Shown here piece after piece: positions 27,476 to 35,897 of a DNA stretch of 50,405 nt (position 1 is the stretch's first letter; each line of letters starts with the position of its first letter). Under the pieces are notes generated by a model, which was not told the origin of the DNA, did not search any database, and saw only the letters and a program-made list of their open reading frames with translations. This DNA is from a virus, in the UHGV virus genome UHGV-0169486. The stretch is one strand, 5' to 3'. The translations under genes and the position numbers were made by a program.

Positions 27476-28793
27476 TGTTGTTTTCCTCGTCGTCCAGTTC
27501 TACTTCCTGCGTTGGCCCTTCATACCCGGCAGCTTCGCGAATCTCGTCACCGTCGAATACTTGTTCACCTGTGGCGAGACATGCCTGATTGATTTGCGCC
27601 ATTTTGTATGCCGCGTCGAGTAGCTCGGCTTTCGTCATGGCGTTAAGGTCGTCCCACAGTACCGACACGTCGACTGGCATACTGATAAGGCGGAGATCTG
27701 CCATCTTGCGGAATAGTTCCTCAAGCTCGCCTCCTATTTCCTCCCGGCGGGTCATACAGCGGTTATTGAAGTAGCGGAGGTCTTCGGTTGATGCACGCTC
27801 ACCCTGCTGATTCCCAACCAGGATACGCGTTGGAATGTCGATGCCAGCGGCGGCGGTTTGCAGGTTGACGTCATAGGTAGCGGACGGATCGGCTACGGCA
27901 GTGACCAGCGGGCTAACGGTAGCTCCCTGCAATGCCATCATCACATCATTGCCCTTGTTTATATCCTCTGCCGCCTCATTGAATTTTTCGCGTAGCTCTG
28001 TAACGTCGCAACCGTATGTTGCAGCCAGGGAACGGAAATCAATTTCTTTATCGAACGAGATAGCCAGTTGACGCGCGGCGTTTTTCAGGAATGACTCACC
28101 GCTACCGCCTTCCACTTTCTCCAGCGAAACGAATGCGTTATAGGGCGGCTCAAGGAAAGCGATGGCATCATCAGAATAATCACCGAAGATAAATATGCGA
28201 TCGGGATGTATCTTTCTTGCTATGGTCTTACTGTTAATGCGCTCCTTGTATTCCCACCATGTCGGCAGGCCATAGTTTTCATTATCCGGGTTTTCTTCGA
28301 AGTCCTTCGGTGTAAGAGCACCAGCCCATACAGGGGTAAATTTGGCAATGCCTACACCTTTCGTCACTGGCCGATCCCACGGCTGGTTATCCCTGACGTG
28401 AATTAACAGGCCAGCATAACGACCAATGAGGCGGCGGCGATCGCATTCAGCTATGACGCGCCAGAAACGATTATCAAATCGTTTTTTGATTTCTCTTTCC
28501 CACGGCGTTTCCTTTTCTGCTTTCTCGTCTTCCGTACCTTCGATCAGCGTTGGCCTGGTGCGCCAGCACGTAGTGATGATCTTCTCAATAGCACCGTGAG
28601 CGATACCACCGCGACGATACAGTTTGTATAAATCGTCATAGGTGATTTCTTCTTTGAATCCGTATTCACTCCACGCAGCATCACGTTTTGCATCAATACC
28701 CATTGAGAATGGGTTAGCGGCTGCATAGCGGGCAAAGGCCGCCTGGCGTTGTGACAAGGCAGCATTAACCGCCAATTCTAAATTGGATGGCAT
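27420..28793 (-). CDS. portal protein
   Basis: ORF track (27420..28814); ATG 28793 with AGGAG RBS; size and position after large terminase; acidic C-terminus. Confidence 0.65.
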   Translation of the reverse strand: MPSNLELAVNAALSQRQAAFARYAAANPFSMGIDAKRDAAWSEYGFKEEITYDDLYKLYRRGGIAHGAIEKIITTCWRTRPTLIEGTEDEKAEKETPWEREIKKRFDNRFWRVIAECDRRRLIGRYAGLLIHVRDNQPWDRPVTKGVGIAKFTPVWAGALTPKDFEENPDNENYGLPTWWEYKERINSKTIARKIHPDRIFIFGDYSDDAIAFLEPPYNAFVSLEKVEGGSGESFLKNAARQLAISFDKEIDFRSLAATYGCDVTELREKFNEAAEDINKGNDVMMALQGATVSPLVTAVADPSATYDVNLQTAAAGIDIPTRILVGNQQGERASTEDLRYFNNRCMTRREEIGGELEELFRKMADLRLISMPVDVSVLWDDLNAMTKAELLDAAYKMAQINQACLATGEQVFDGDEIREAAGYEGPTQEVELDDEENNNEGEENNQANTSSRDNAI

Positions 28794-28871
28794 AATGTTT
28801 ACTCCTGAATACATGTTTACGCGTTGCTACGCGAAAAATGGAAAAACTTATGGGGGATTGTGAGATGGTTT

Positions 28872-30356
28872 TTAAAATCCGCGCAGGCGCTTAGGTAACA
28901 TGAGGCCCACAGCCTGTGGCTGGCTTAATTCAGTGATACCCCATACCATCGCGTCGAGGCGGTCGGGTGATTTTTTAGCGGTAGCTGGCACGTATTCCAT
29001 CATTTGATTTTCCAGCGTGTACAGGCTGCCAGTGTGGGCTACCCTTCCCTGTGCATACAGTGCCGATATTGGCTCGGCGCGGGCGAATTTACCTTTGCTT
29101 GCGTGCACCTTAACAATGCGGCCTTTGAATCCGGCATTACGCAACGTGGCCACTGCCATTTCGCCGCCCTGGTTGGTTTCGATAACTATCGCATCAGCCT
29201 CATGGATGTTATAAGCGTTCATTGAGGCTTGCGCCCAATCGTTAGGAGACATGCGGCCTGAGTAGTCACCGTCTACTGAATACTGTGCGTACTTGCCGCC
29301 ACCATAGGCGGAACATGCCACGATCCCGGTTTCGTCCGATTCATCAGATGATGTTGTAGCCGGGTCGATGGCTATTACCGTGCGAATCTTGTCCTGCGTT
29401 ATCTGCATCCGGTGCGCAGCGGTTATCATCGCTTCCGTCCACAATGCGCCTTCCTCGTCGAATTTACGCGGGCGCTGCATATATTGGGCTTCGAATGACC
29501 TGCGGTGCGCCTTTAGTCCGGCTTCGTGGCTGTCATTGTGCTTTTTAGGCCATAGCCAGCCGTCCGGCAGGTTGTGAGCAATAGGAATAGCGAATTCATT
29601 TTCCGGGTACAGATCCCAATAGTCGACGCTGTTATCAATCTTCACAGGCAGGTTGAGGTGATACCATTTCTCACCGCTTCCACCGCGTAACAGGTAGCCG
29701 GACAAATCATCGTAGTGGATGCGTTGCATGATAACGATCACTGGCGTTGTTTGTACTGCCAGACGTGAAGCCAGCGTGTCGTTGTAGTTGGTCTTTACCT
29801 TCTCACGCATCACATCAGAGTAAGCGTCAGCGGGCTTTAATGGGTCGTCGATAATCATCGCGCCGTTGAAGCCCGGCTCCATGTAACCAGCACGGAAGCC
29901 TGTTATCTGGCCCTGTGAAGATGCGGCATATATCCCGCCTCCCTGTTCCGTCCACCACATTGATTTACTGTTGGCATCATTGCGGATCTTCATAGGCCAT
30001 AACTTCTGGTATTCCTGCGAGCAAATCATGTTTCTGACTGTCGAGGAATTGAGTAACGCAAGATTGTCGGAATAGGAAACGTGAAGGAAACGTGTGCGGG
30101 GATTTATTGCGAGGGACCGCGCCATCATGTTAATGGTCGCAATCATGGTTTTACCGTACCCTGGGGGAATGTTAATGATGAGACGGGTAATCTCACCATT
30201 GATAACGCGTTGTAGCGCATCGCGTATGGCTATGTGATGGCCTGAGATTAACATCTTCGTGCCGTTGGCCTGCTTATAGAAATAACGGTTGAAGAACAAG
30301 CCATCGTTTTCACATTTGGATTGAATAACCCTTTCTTTGATGGACAACATAATCAC
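28872..30356 (-). CDS. terminase large subunit
   Basis: Walker A-like PPGYGKT; nuclease-type C-terminal region; ATGA overlap with small subunit gene. Confidence 0.85.
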   Translation of the reverse strand: MIMLSIKERVIQSKCENDGLFFNRYFYKQANGTKMLISGHHIAIRDALQRVINGEITRLIINIPPGYGKTMIATINMMARSLAINPRTRFLHVSYSDNLALLNSSTVRNMICSQEYQKLWPMKIRNDANSKSMWWTEQGGGIYAASSQGQITGFRAGYMEPGFNGAMIIDDPLKPADAYSDVMREKVKTNYNDTLASRLAVQTTPVIVIMQRIHYDDLSGYLLRGGSGEKWYHLNLPVKIDNSVDYWDLYPENEFAIPIAHNLPDGWLWPKKHNDSHEAGLKAHRRSFEAQYMQRPRKFDEEGALWTEAMITAAHRMQITQDKIRTVIAIDPATTSSDESDETGIVACSAYGGGKYAQYSVDGDYSGRMSPNDWAQASMNAYNIHEADAIVIETNQGGEMAVATLRNAGFKGRIVKVHASKGKFARAEPISALYAQGRVAHTGSLYTLENQMMEYVPATAKKSPDRLDAMVWGITELSQPQAVGLMLPKRLRGF

Positions 30357-30838
30357 ACCTCGTCTTCTACTTCCTGGACGATGCGGGCGATCTCTTCTTT
30401 CGTGACTTCAACCTGGACGGGTGCTTCTTCCTTGTTGCCGACGATCTCCTGTGTGACGCGTTCGCCATATTTACGCGGTTGCAGTTTTGCCAGTAACCAT
30501 TTACGCGTTTCAATCATTAGTTGGTGGCGGCGTAGTTGGTCTTTATCAACGTTCTTAGCATCATCAGCTATATCGAGGATCTCATCAGCTAATACCTCGA
30601 AGCCGATTTCCTTCGCGTGCATGTACATGTCCGAGAATTCCGGCACGTCTCTAAACCATTTCAGGATTGTGGAACGGGTAGGCATACCAGGCATTTTCGA
30701 AATTTTGTTAACACTCTGACCGTCCGCCACCAGCTCACAGATTTCTAATGCTTTTTCTTCGGTATAACCATGCGGACGGCCCACCTTTTTAGCGGCTGGC
30801 TTTTTGTCGTCAGCTTTTGCATTTTTAGTGCGGGCCAT
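30353..30838 (-). CDS. terminase small subunit
   Basis: Basic N-terminus with HTH; GAGAGGTGA RBS; immediately upstream of large subunit. Confidence 0.7.
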   Translation of the reverse strand: MARTKNAKADDKKPAAKKVGRPHGYTEEKALEICELVADGQSVNKISKMPGMPTRSTILKWFRDVPEFSDMYMHAKEIGFEVLADEILDIADDAKNVDKDQLRRHQLMIETRKWLLAKLQPRKYGERVTQEIVGNKEEAPVQVEVTKEEIARIVQEVEDEV

Positions 30839-30928
30839 AATTCACCTCTCAATATTTATTGATGATATATACGCAAGCAACAAAACTTGCACAGTATGTT
30901 AATACTTCCAACCAGTCGAATAGCTTTT

Positions 30929-31072
30929 TCATTGTTTAACCTTAAATCTCTGTTTTGCTTCTCTGTAAATAAGCGCGGTAATCATTACAATCACGTATAC
31001 GCATAACATTAATGCGGCAATAAGCAGACCAGCGCAAAGCAAGAACGTTAGCAGATTGAGGAATTCAGACAT
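30929..31072 (-). CDS. micro-ORF A, 47 aa single-TM peptide
   Basis: Own translation MSEFLNLLTFLLCAGLLIAALMLCVYVIVMITALIYREAKQRFKVKQ; start 3 codons after stop of preceding micro-ORF. Confidence 0.4.
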   Translation of the reverse strand: MSEFLNLLTFLLCAGLLIAALMLCVYVIVMITALIYREAKQRFKVKQ

Positions 31073-31081
31073 GATGCTTTC

Positions 31082-31150
31082 TCACGCAAAAAAAACGATA
31101 ACGGCTAACAGTGTGCATATAGCCATAATTAAGAAATCACCGTCAGACAT
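31082..31150 (-). CDS. micro-ORF B2, 22 aa hydrophobic peptide
   Basis: Own translation MSDGDFLIMAICTLLAVIVFFA; ATG overlaps stop region of B1. Confidence 0.3.
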   Translation of the reverse strand: MSDGDFLIMAICTLLAVIVFFA

Positions 31151-31217
31151 TGATAATAAACCCCACAATAACAGCCGCTGCAATACATACGAATAATACA
31201 GCCTCGATGGTTTCCAT
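31143..31217 (-). CDS. micro-ORF B1, 24 aa hydrophobic peptide
   Basis: Own translation METIEAVLFVCIAAAVIVGFIINV; AGGTGA RBS. Confidence 0.4.
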   Translation of the reverse strand: METIEAVLFVCIAAAVIVGFIINV

Positions 31218-31225
31218 ATATTCAC

Positions 31226-31294
31226 CTATTGAGTCAACGCGGTCATGGTAAGAACAATCGCAACGGTCAGGAAAAATAAATCAAGCCATTTCAT
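31226..31294 (-). CDS. micro-ORF C, 22 aa hydrophobic peptide
   Basis: Own translation MKWLDLFFLTVAIVLTMTALTQ; GGGAGA RBS; ATGA overlap with micro-ORF D. Confidence 0.4.
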   Translation of the reverse strand: MKWLDLFFLTVAIVLTMTALTQ

Positions 31295-31371
31295 TTTTTA
31301 GTCTCCCGGTATACGTCCACGGCAATAACTGCAACGGCAGCCACCAGCAATAGCATTTCGTAGGCGTTCAT
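31291..31371 (-). CDS. micro-ORF D, 26 aa hydrophobic peptide (MNAY family)
   Basis: Own translation MNAYEMLLLVAAVAVIAVDVYRETKK; ATGA overlap with micro-ORF E. Confidence 0.4.
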   Translation of the reverse strand: MNAYEMLLLVAAVAVIAVDVYRETKK

Positions 31372-31466
31372 TTGATACTACCTACAACCAGACCGATGAT
31401 GATGATTATGGCGACAATGCCTAACATCATGCCGCACATAATCGCCAGTAATTCGAATATATCCAT
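31368..31466 (-). CDS. micro-ORF E, 32 aa hydrophobic peptide
   Basis: Own translation MDIFELLAIMCGMMLGIVAIIIIIGLVVGSIK; AGGTGA RBS. Confidence 0.4.
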   Translation of the reverse strand: MDIFELLAIMCGMMLGIVAIIIIIGLVVGSIK

Positions 31467-31474
31467 GCCGTCAC

Positions 31475-31549
31475 CTATACAACATTCTTTAACCACAGAT
31501 ACATAATGACGGCGAGTGATGAGCACCAGATGAGATCGTAAATATTCAT
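31475..31549 (-). CDS. micro-ORF F, 24 aa hydrophobic peptide (MNIY, paralog of H)
   Basis: Own translation MNIYDLIWCSSLAVIMYLWLKNVV; AAGGTA RBS; shares TACGATCTCATCTGGT with H. Confidence 0.4.
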   Translation of the reverse strand: MNIYDLIWCSSLAVIMYLWLKNVV

Positions 31550-31559
31550 GTTGATACCT

Positions 31560-31634
31560 TTAGCTTTCGATGAATATCATGACCGCCAGCCATACAGCGA
31601 CGCATGCAGAAAGGATAACGACCGGGTCAATCAT
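31560..31634 (-). CDS. micro-ORF G, 24 aa hydrophobic peptide
   Basis: Own translation MIDPVVILSACVAVWLAVMIFIES; GGTGA RBS. Confidence 0.4.
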   Translation of the reverse strand: MIDPVVILSACVAVWLAVMIFIES

Positions 31635-31639
31635 ATTTT

Positions 31640-31714
31640 TCACCACAGCCTGTAAATGTTCACGCAAATACCTACGATGAGCACCAATAACCAGATGAGA
31701 TCGTAGGCGTTCAT
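31640..31714 (-). CDS. micro-ORF H, 24 aa hydrophobic peptide (MNAY family)
   Basis: Own translation MNAYDLIWLLVLIVGICVNIYRLW; ATGA overlap with micro-ORF I. Confidence 0.4.
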   Translation of the reverse strand: MNAYDLIWLLVLIVGICVNIYRLW

Positions 31715-31806
31715 AATTTACTCTTTACGGTTATCAGCACGGCAATGACAAAACACACCAGAAATACAGAAACACCGATTAGTCCGGCGATGATGTTCTC
31801 ATCCAT
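31711..31806 (-). CDS. micro-ORF I, 31 aa hydrophobic peptide
   Basis: Own translation MDENIIAGLIGVSVFLVCFVIAVLITVKSKL; weak RBS. Confidence 0.35.
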   Translation of the reverse strand: MDENIIAGLIGVSVFLVCFVIAVLITVKSKL

Positions 31807-31810
31807 AATA

Positions 31811-31879
31811 TTAATGCCCGTATATCAAGATCACAGCGGCAGCAATACCAACAAATACGCCTAACAGAAAAGTAAACAT
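31811..31879 (-). CDS. micro-ORF J, 22 aa hydrophobic peptide
   Basis: Own translation MFTFLLGVFVGIAAAVILIYGH; GAGGGTGA RBS; ATG 2 nt after stop of the HExxH protein gene. Confidence 0.4.
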   Translation of the reverse strand: MFTFLLGVFVGIAAAVILIYGH

Positions 31880-31881
31880 AA

Positions 31882-32424
31882 TCACCCTCGTTTAAAGCTC
31901 ATTACGCGCGGCACATATGCCTCTTTTGATTTCGGCTTACGTTTACCTTTCTTCGCTGGCTTTTCTTCTTCCTTCGGCTGTTCTGCCTGTTCCAGCGCCT
32001 GATCGACGACTTCTGCCGCCTGCATTGCTGCAACCTGTGCTTCGTTTGATTCTGCCAGGATAGGGGAAAACGCATCGAAGATACGGCCTACCATGTAAGC
32101 GTAAGTCTCATTCGCCGGATGGGTAGGATCCGTGGTAGCCACGACGCCTACATCACTTAAAACGTGGAATGTAGTGTGGGCGCATTCATGGACCAGCGTT
32201 CCCAACTCATTGTTGAATACTGCGATCACGTAGAAGTTACCACCATTCTCGCCAGTGCAAGTAAGCGTTAATCCTTCAGCCAACTCGAAATCAGGTTCAA
32301 TCGGAATTCCTGCCTTTTCGCAAAATTCATAGAACATCTCGCTGGTCGGGCAAAAGAAAACAGTGGTATGCTCAAAAAGCGGGATCTTGAAGTGAGGCAA
32401 CTTAATGCCTTTAGCCTTAGCCAT
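31882..32424 (-). CDS. HExxH-motif protein (putative zinc metallopeptidase-like) with Lys-rich C-terminal tail
   Basis: ORF track; HECAH motif; AGGAG RBS; between lysis cassette and micro-ORF array. Confidence 0.6.
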   Translation of the reverse strand: MAKAKGIKLPHFKIPLFEHTTVFFCPTSEMFYEFCEKAGIPIEPDFELAEGLTLTCTGENGGNFYVIAVFNNELGTLVHECAHTTFHVLSDVGVVATTDPTHPANETYAYMVGRIFDAFSPILAESNEAQVAAMQAAEVVDQALEQAEQPKEEEKPAKKGKRKPKSKEAYVPRVMSFKRG

Positions 32425-32702
32425 CAGAATAATCTCCTATTCTGAAAAATATAACCCCCGCAAAACTCGACACCGCAGGGAGTGAAAACAGCTATAAAAC
32501 ACTGAAAACGGCGCTTCATCAGTACCGTTTCCAGAATTTTATAAAATTGGTGGATGGCGCTTTCTTCTACCCAGGTAGCGCCGACCTGTTAATGGGATGG
32601 ATGATCCGGTATTACGTGTTTTTGACTATTCCGCAGTCGCTCGCGGGAAGGATTGACCCGGTTATGGCTGGCTGGCGAAAACGGCGACACGTCCACGCGC
32701 TG

Positions 32703-33173
32703 TTATTTTTTGCGTAAGCACTGCGTTTTGATGTAGTCCTGCAATCCGGTGATCTTCGCGTCTTTCTCTTTTAGTTGTTCTCTGAGGGATAGATAAGCCG
32801 ATTCAGCGTCGGCAGTGAGTCTACAGGTGGCTCCATCAATGCGGCTGGCGGTTCCGGTATTGTCGAGCAATCGCACTGGCTCGGCGTTGACGTGCAACCT
32901 GATAGCGCCGCTATCAATGCCAGCGCGAAGATCGGCAATGTCAGATCTGATAGCTTTAATTTCATCGTGATACCTCTTATCAAGTTTTGATAGCTCTGCG
33001 TTTCGCTCCTTCATCTGCTGAATAGTGTTACTTGCTGTTTTTAGTGCGCCTTGCGTCACCGTGACTTCTTCCTGTAACCTTGCCGCCTCACCCTGGTAAT
33101 AACATGTAACGGCAGTTAGTCCGGCAATAATGCAAACAACAACGGCAATAACTAACGCCTTTACCTTGTCCAT
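32703..33173 (-). CDS. Rz: i-spanin (Rz-like)
   Basis: N-terminal TM segment, coiled-coil body; downstream of endolysin; contains embedded Rz1-like ORF. Confidence 0.75.
   Translation of the reverse strand: MDKVKALVIAVVVCIIAGLTAVTCYYQGEAARLQEEVTVTQGALKTASNTIQQMKERNAELSKLDKRYHDEIKAIRSDIADLRAGIDSGAIRLHVNAEPVRLLDNTGTASRIDGATCRLTADAESAYLSLREQLKEKDAKITGLQDYIKTQCLRKK
32771..32965 (-). CDS. Rz1: o-spanin (Rz1-like lipoprotein) embedded in Rz in +1 frame
   Basis: Signal peptide with lipobox LSGC; Pro-rich mature part; fully embedded in Rz. Confidence 0.6.
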   Translation of the reverse strand: MKLKLSDLTLPIFALALIAALSGCTSTPSQCDCSTIPEPPAALMEPPVDSLPTLNRLIYPSENN

Positions 33174-33652
33174 GTTTCACCCCATTCGCAAACGGCATAT
33201 TCAATATCACGACGGTTAATTAACCCTTGCCACTGCTTACCACCAGCATAGATCCAGCGTTTAAGCTGTGCGCACGCTTCCGATTTCTTGCCGTCATTGA
33301 GTAGCTTCAATAATGTTGATGTTTTAAAGTTGGTAGCGCCTACGTTATAGGCGAATGAATAAAGCGCCGCGCGGGTAAAATCTGATATTTCGACTTTAAT
33401 ATAGGGGTCGATCGCTTTTGCGGTTTTGTGGAGATCTTTATTTAACAAAGCATCGCATTCTGATTGCGTGTAAGTCTTACCAAGCATGATGTCTTTTCCG
33501 GTATGACCATAACATACAGTCCATACACCGATAACATCACGATACGGATCGTACTCCACGCCTTCTAATGATTTAACCATCACAGCCGCAATAGAGATCG
33601 CCCCACCAGCCGCCGCAGCAATAATCTTGTTCTTCAGCGATTGGCTAATCAT
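33161..33652 (-). CDS. SAR endolysin (lysozyme, phage 21 R-like)
   Basis: N-terminal SAR-like hydrophobic segment [15 protein letters not shown] followed by lysozyme catalytic region [10 protein letters not shown]...[11 protein letters not shown]; recalled similarity to phage 21 lysozyme. Confidence 0.85.
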   Translation of the reverse strand: MISQSLKNKIIAAAAGGAISIAAVMVKSLEGVEYDPYRDVIGVWTVCYGHTGKDIMLGKTYTQSECDALLNKDLHKTAKAIDPYIKVEISDFTRAALYSFAYNVGATNFKTSTLLKLLNDGKKSEACAQLKRWIYAGGKQWQGLINRRDIEYAVCEWGETWTR

Positions 33653-33853
33653 TTACTTATTCCCCATTCGCGCGTCGTGTTCCTCTTGCGCTCGCTTGTT
33701 CTCCTGTGATTTGAAGTAATAGTTAACGGCAAATGTACCTGCGGTTGATAAGATACCCACAAAGACAGCAACATCATTGATGGTTATCGCACCGAAAAAG
33801 GCCGTTACGGCCCCTACTGCATACGCGCACGTCTCCCGTATTTTGTCGAGCAT
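33653..33853 (-). CDS. holin (class II / pinholin-like)
   Basis: 66 aa, two TM segments, charged C-terminus; GGAGG RBS; immediately upstream of endolysin. Confidence 0.7.
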   Translation of the reverse strand: MLDKIRETCAYAVGAVTAFFGAITINDVAVFVGILSTAGTFAVNYYFKSQENKRAQEEHDARMGNK

Positions 33854-33869
33854 AGATTTACCTCCAACA

Positions 33870-33896
33870 AAGCAAAAACCCGGCGCTGGGCCGGGT
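33870..33896 (-). terminator. rho-independent terminator just upstream of holin RBS (tR'-like, candidate target of Q antitermination)
   Basis: CCCGGC-ccagc-GCCGGG followed by TTTTTGCTTTGTT on minus strand, then holin RBS. Confidence 0.55.
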
Positions 33897-33961
33897 AATT
33901 ACAATTTCGCATTGTTAGGAAGTATTTTAATCTATTTGTTTTTTATGCGCGATCATGGCTT

Positions 33962-34135
33962 CTATTTCTTCTTTATCAGGCCATTATCAAGCAATATTTG
34001 CATCTGTTCACGATCCATGTTTACGCCAGTCCAGAAAGGATGCTCACTCGACATAACAAAAACCTTTTCCTCTTTCAGCAAGTAAGCAATATCAAATAAG
34101 TTATGCACATATACACCGTCTTCGATCTCATTCAT
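33962..34135 (-). CDS. possible small protein (57 aa)
   Basis: Own translation MNEIEDGVYVHNLFDIAYLLKEEKVFVMSSEHPFWTGVNMDREQMQILLDNGLIKKK; AAGG RBS. Confidence 0.3.
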   Translation of the reverse strand: MNEIEDGVYVHNLFDIAYLLKEEKVFVMSSEHPFWTGVNMDREQMQILLDNGLIKKK

Positions 34136-34318
34136 AAATCACCAACCTTGCGCCAGTACCCATGATTAACCATCGTAATAATTTCTTTCGCTGTCATAGG
34201 TAAAAATGGCTCATGTCACCGATCAAGTCTACCCAGGCGCATCAAAACGCTTTCGCCTTCAAGGCGGTAATAAGCGCGTGATGCTAACGACTGATAAACG
34301 CCGTCATATTCATGGTCG

Positions 34319-34519
34319 CTATTTCCCATTTTTGCGCTCCTTAATAGCTCGCATGATCTGTATGCGCGTAGCGTCTACAAAAGCGTAAAAGACTGCTACA
34401 GGCCAGAAAGTAATCTCAAGACCACCACGATCGAGATCGTTAGATTTGATGAAACAAGACATCAGGATAGCGCCAGCGATATAAAGGAGAACCACCGCAA
34501 GGATAAGACATTCAATCAT
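34319..34519 (-). CDS. small membrane protein
   Basis: ORF track; hydrophobic N-terminal segments. Confidence 0.45.
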   Translation of the reverse strand: MIECLILAVVLLYIAGAILMSCFIKSNDLDRGGLEITFWPVAVFYAFVDATRIQIMRAIKERKNGK

Positions 34520-34652
34520 CTTCTTTCTCCCCGCCTAAATATTGATAAATTTCTTCAGCGTTTTCCCCTCGCTCAAAACAATAATGTTCAAACATGCGCC
34601 AATGTTCACTAAGAAACATAACAATAAAATTATTAACGTATTCGTCATTCAT
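34512..34652 (-). CDS. possible acidic small protein (46 aa)
   Basis: Own translation MNDEYVNNFIVMFLSEHWRMFEHYCFERGENAEEIYQYLGGEKEDD; AGAGGA RBS. Confidence 0.35.
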   Translation of the reverse strand: MNDEYVNNFIVMFLSEHWRMFEHYCFERGENAEEIYQYLGGEKEDD

Positions 34653-34654
34653 CG

Positions 34655-34909
34655 TTAATCGTCCTCTTCATCGTCTTCTTGTTCTGCCAGGAATTCATCG
34701 ACGGCGCGGGAAGTGACTGGCGGGATGTATTCGAAATCATCATCCGTATCAAGATCAAGCGTCCTGCTGTCGCCGTCGTCGTCAATCGTAATCATCCCTA
34801 AGTTACCGAAAGGGCCATAACCAATATGGCCCAGGTATTCACAACCAGGTGTAAATCCGATATATTTATTTTTACACCGGATTTTGTAAGGTTTATTTGA
34901 TGCGCTCAA
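34655..34909 (-). CDS. hypothetical acidic protein
   Basis: ORF track; TTG start with GGAG RBS. Confidence 0.45.
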   Translation of the reverse strand: MSASNKPYKIRCKNKYIGFTPGCEYLGHIGYGPFGNLGMITIDDDGDSRTLDLDTDDDFEYIPPVTSRAVDEFLAEQEDDEEDD

Positions 34910-35216
34910 TTTTAGAATCTCCGCTTTCTGTTTCGGTTATTTTGTATTCCGCGACCACTTCCGCGCCAACCAATTCGACATCAGCATCAGGGCAAGGATT
35001 AATCATCAGTGAAGCGAAAACGAACATTTTAATTTTATCAGGGTGTTCAAGATGCTCTGGATTAAAAGGCGGCTCCGATACGTGGAAGCATTTAACATGT
35101 TCTTCGTCTTCCGTTGCTACACGGAAACATGCGCCAGGCATCCCACCGAATTCGCCGTATTTCTCACCTTCTGGAATAGTGCCACGGAAAACTTTAACGC
35201 TGATAAATTTAGTCAT
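34893..35216 (-). CDS. hypothetical protein
   Basis: ORF track; strong GAAGGAGA RBS. Confidence 0.55.
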   Translation of the reverse strand: MTKFISVKVFRGTIPEGEKYGEFGGMPGACFRVATEDEEHVKCFHVSEPPFNPEHLEHPDKIKMFVFASLMINPCPDADVELVGAEVVAEYKITETESGDSKIERIK

Positions 35217-35219
35217 TGT

Positions 35220-35474
35220 TTATTCTCCTTCGTAAAAAACAGCTACCAGTTCAGGATTGTTTAATGGGTTAGGGCAAGAATAAAAACCACTTCGCAATAA
35301 TCCTCTAAGCGCCTTCATTTTTCTGTGCACCGGGATTGATTCGCTTAAATAGAAATCATCTTTCCTTTTGTCATAAGGTAGCTCGTAAAACCTACCGTAA
35401 TTGACGAATTGAACGACGCGACAAAACTCACCATCAGCCTTACTATTGCCGCGCCATATTTTGATTATCTCCAT
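35220..35474 (-). CDS. hypothetical protein
   Basis: ORF track; GGAG RBS. Confidence 0.5.
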   Translation of the reverse strand: MEIIKIWRGNSKADGEFCRVVQFVNYGRFYELPYDKRKDDFYLSESIPVHRKMKALRGLLRSGFYSCPNPLNNPELVAVFYEGE

Positions 35475-35632
35475 AATTAATACTCCACACCTGGTAAGCT
35501 ACGCGCCTTATGAACTGCGTCCTTTGCGTCAACCAATGCCGCGCCAAACTCGTAGATCTTGCCATTCTTAAAAAACGCGCTGCATCGTGAGTATGTACAC
35601 TGGTATCTATGTTTCCTACTCATAACCATCAC

Positions 35633-35887
35633 CTATTCCGGTTTACTGCCTTCGCGGTCACAAAATACAGCTACGCCGTGGAAGTCATGCACGATGCGAT
35701 AATAAACCTTGTCAGTGTGTGGAAAGCGTGTGACATAAGCAAAATAAACCTTATCATCATCACCAGTTATCGCCATTGCGCCATCACCGCCCGGTGCGCC
35801 GTGGAGTTGAACGCCGCAGTAAATTTTCCCGTCTTCGAATATATCGCGGTCACGCGTCTGCACTACCTCAAAATATAAATGTTTCAT
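35633..35887 (-). CDS. hypothetical protein
   Basis: ORF track (35633..35992); internal ATG 35887 with AAGGGG RBS preferred. Confidence 0.45.
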   Translation of the reverse strand: MKHLYFEVVQTRDRDIFEDGKIYCGVQLHGAPGGDGAMAITGDDDKVYFAYVTRFPHTDKVYYRIVHDFHGVAVFCDREGSKPE

Positions 35888-35897
35888 GTCTACCCCT

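Noticed and set aside
30839-31881. Possible tRNA gene cluster in the ORF-free 1 kb region
   Set aside because: No T-loop (GGTTCGA-like) or cloverleaf signatures seen; the region instead shows periodic RBS-ATG-stop units with overlapping stops and starts, consistent with micro-ORFs.
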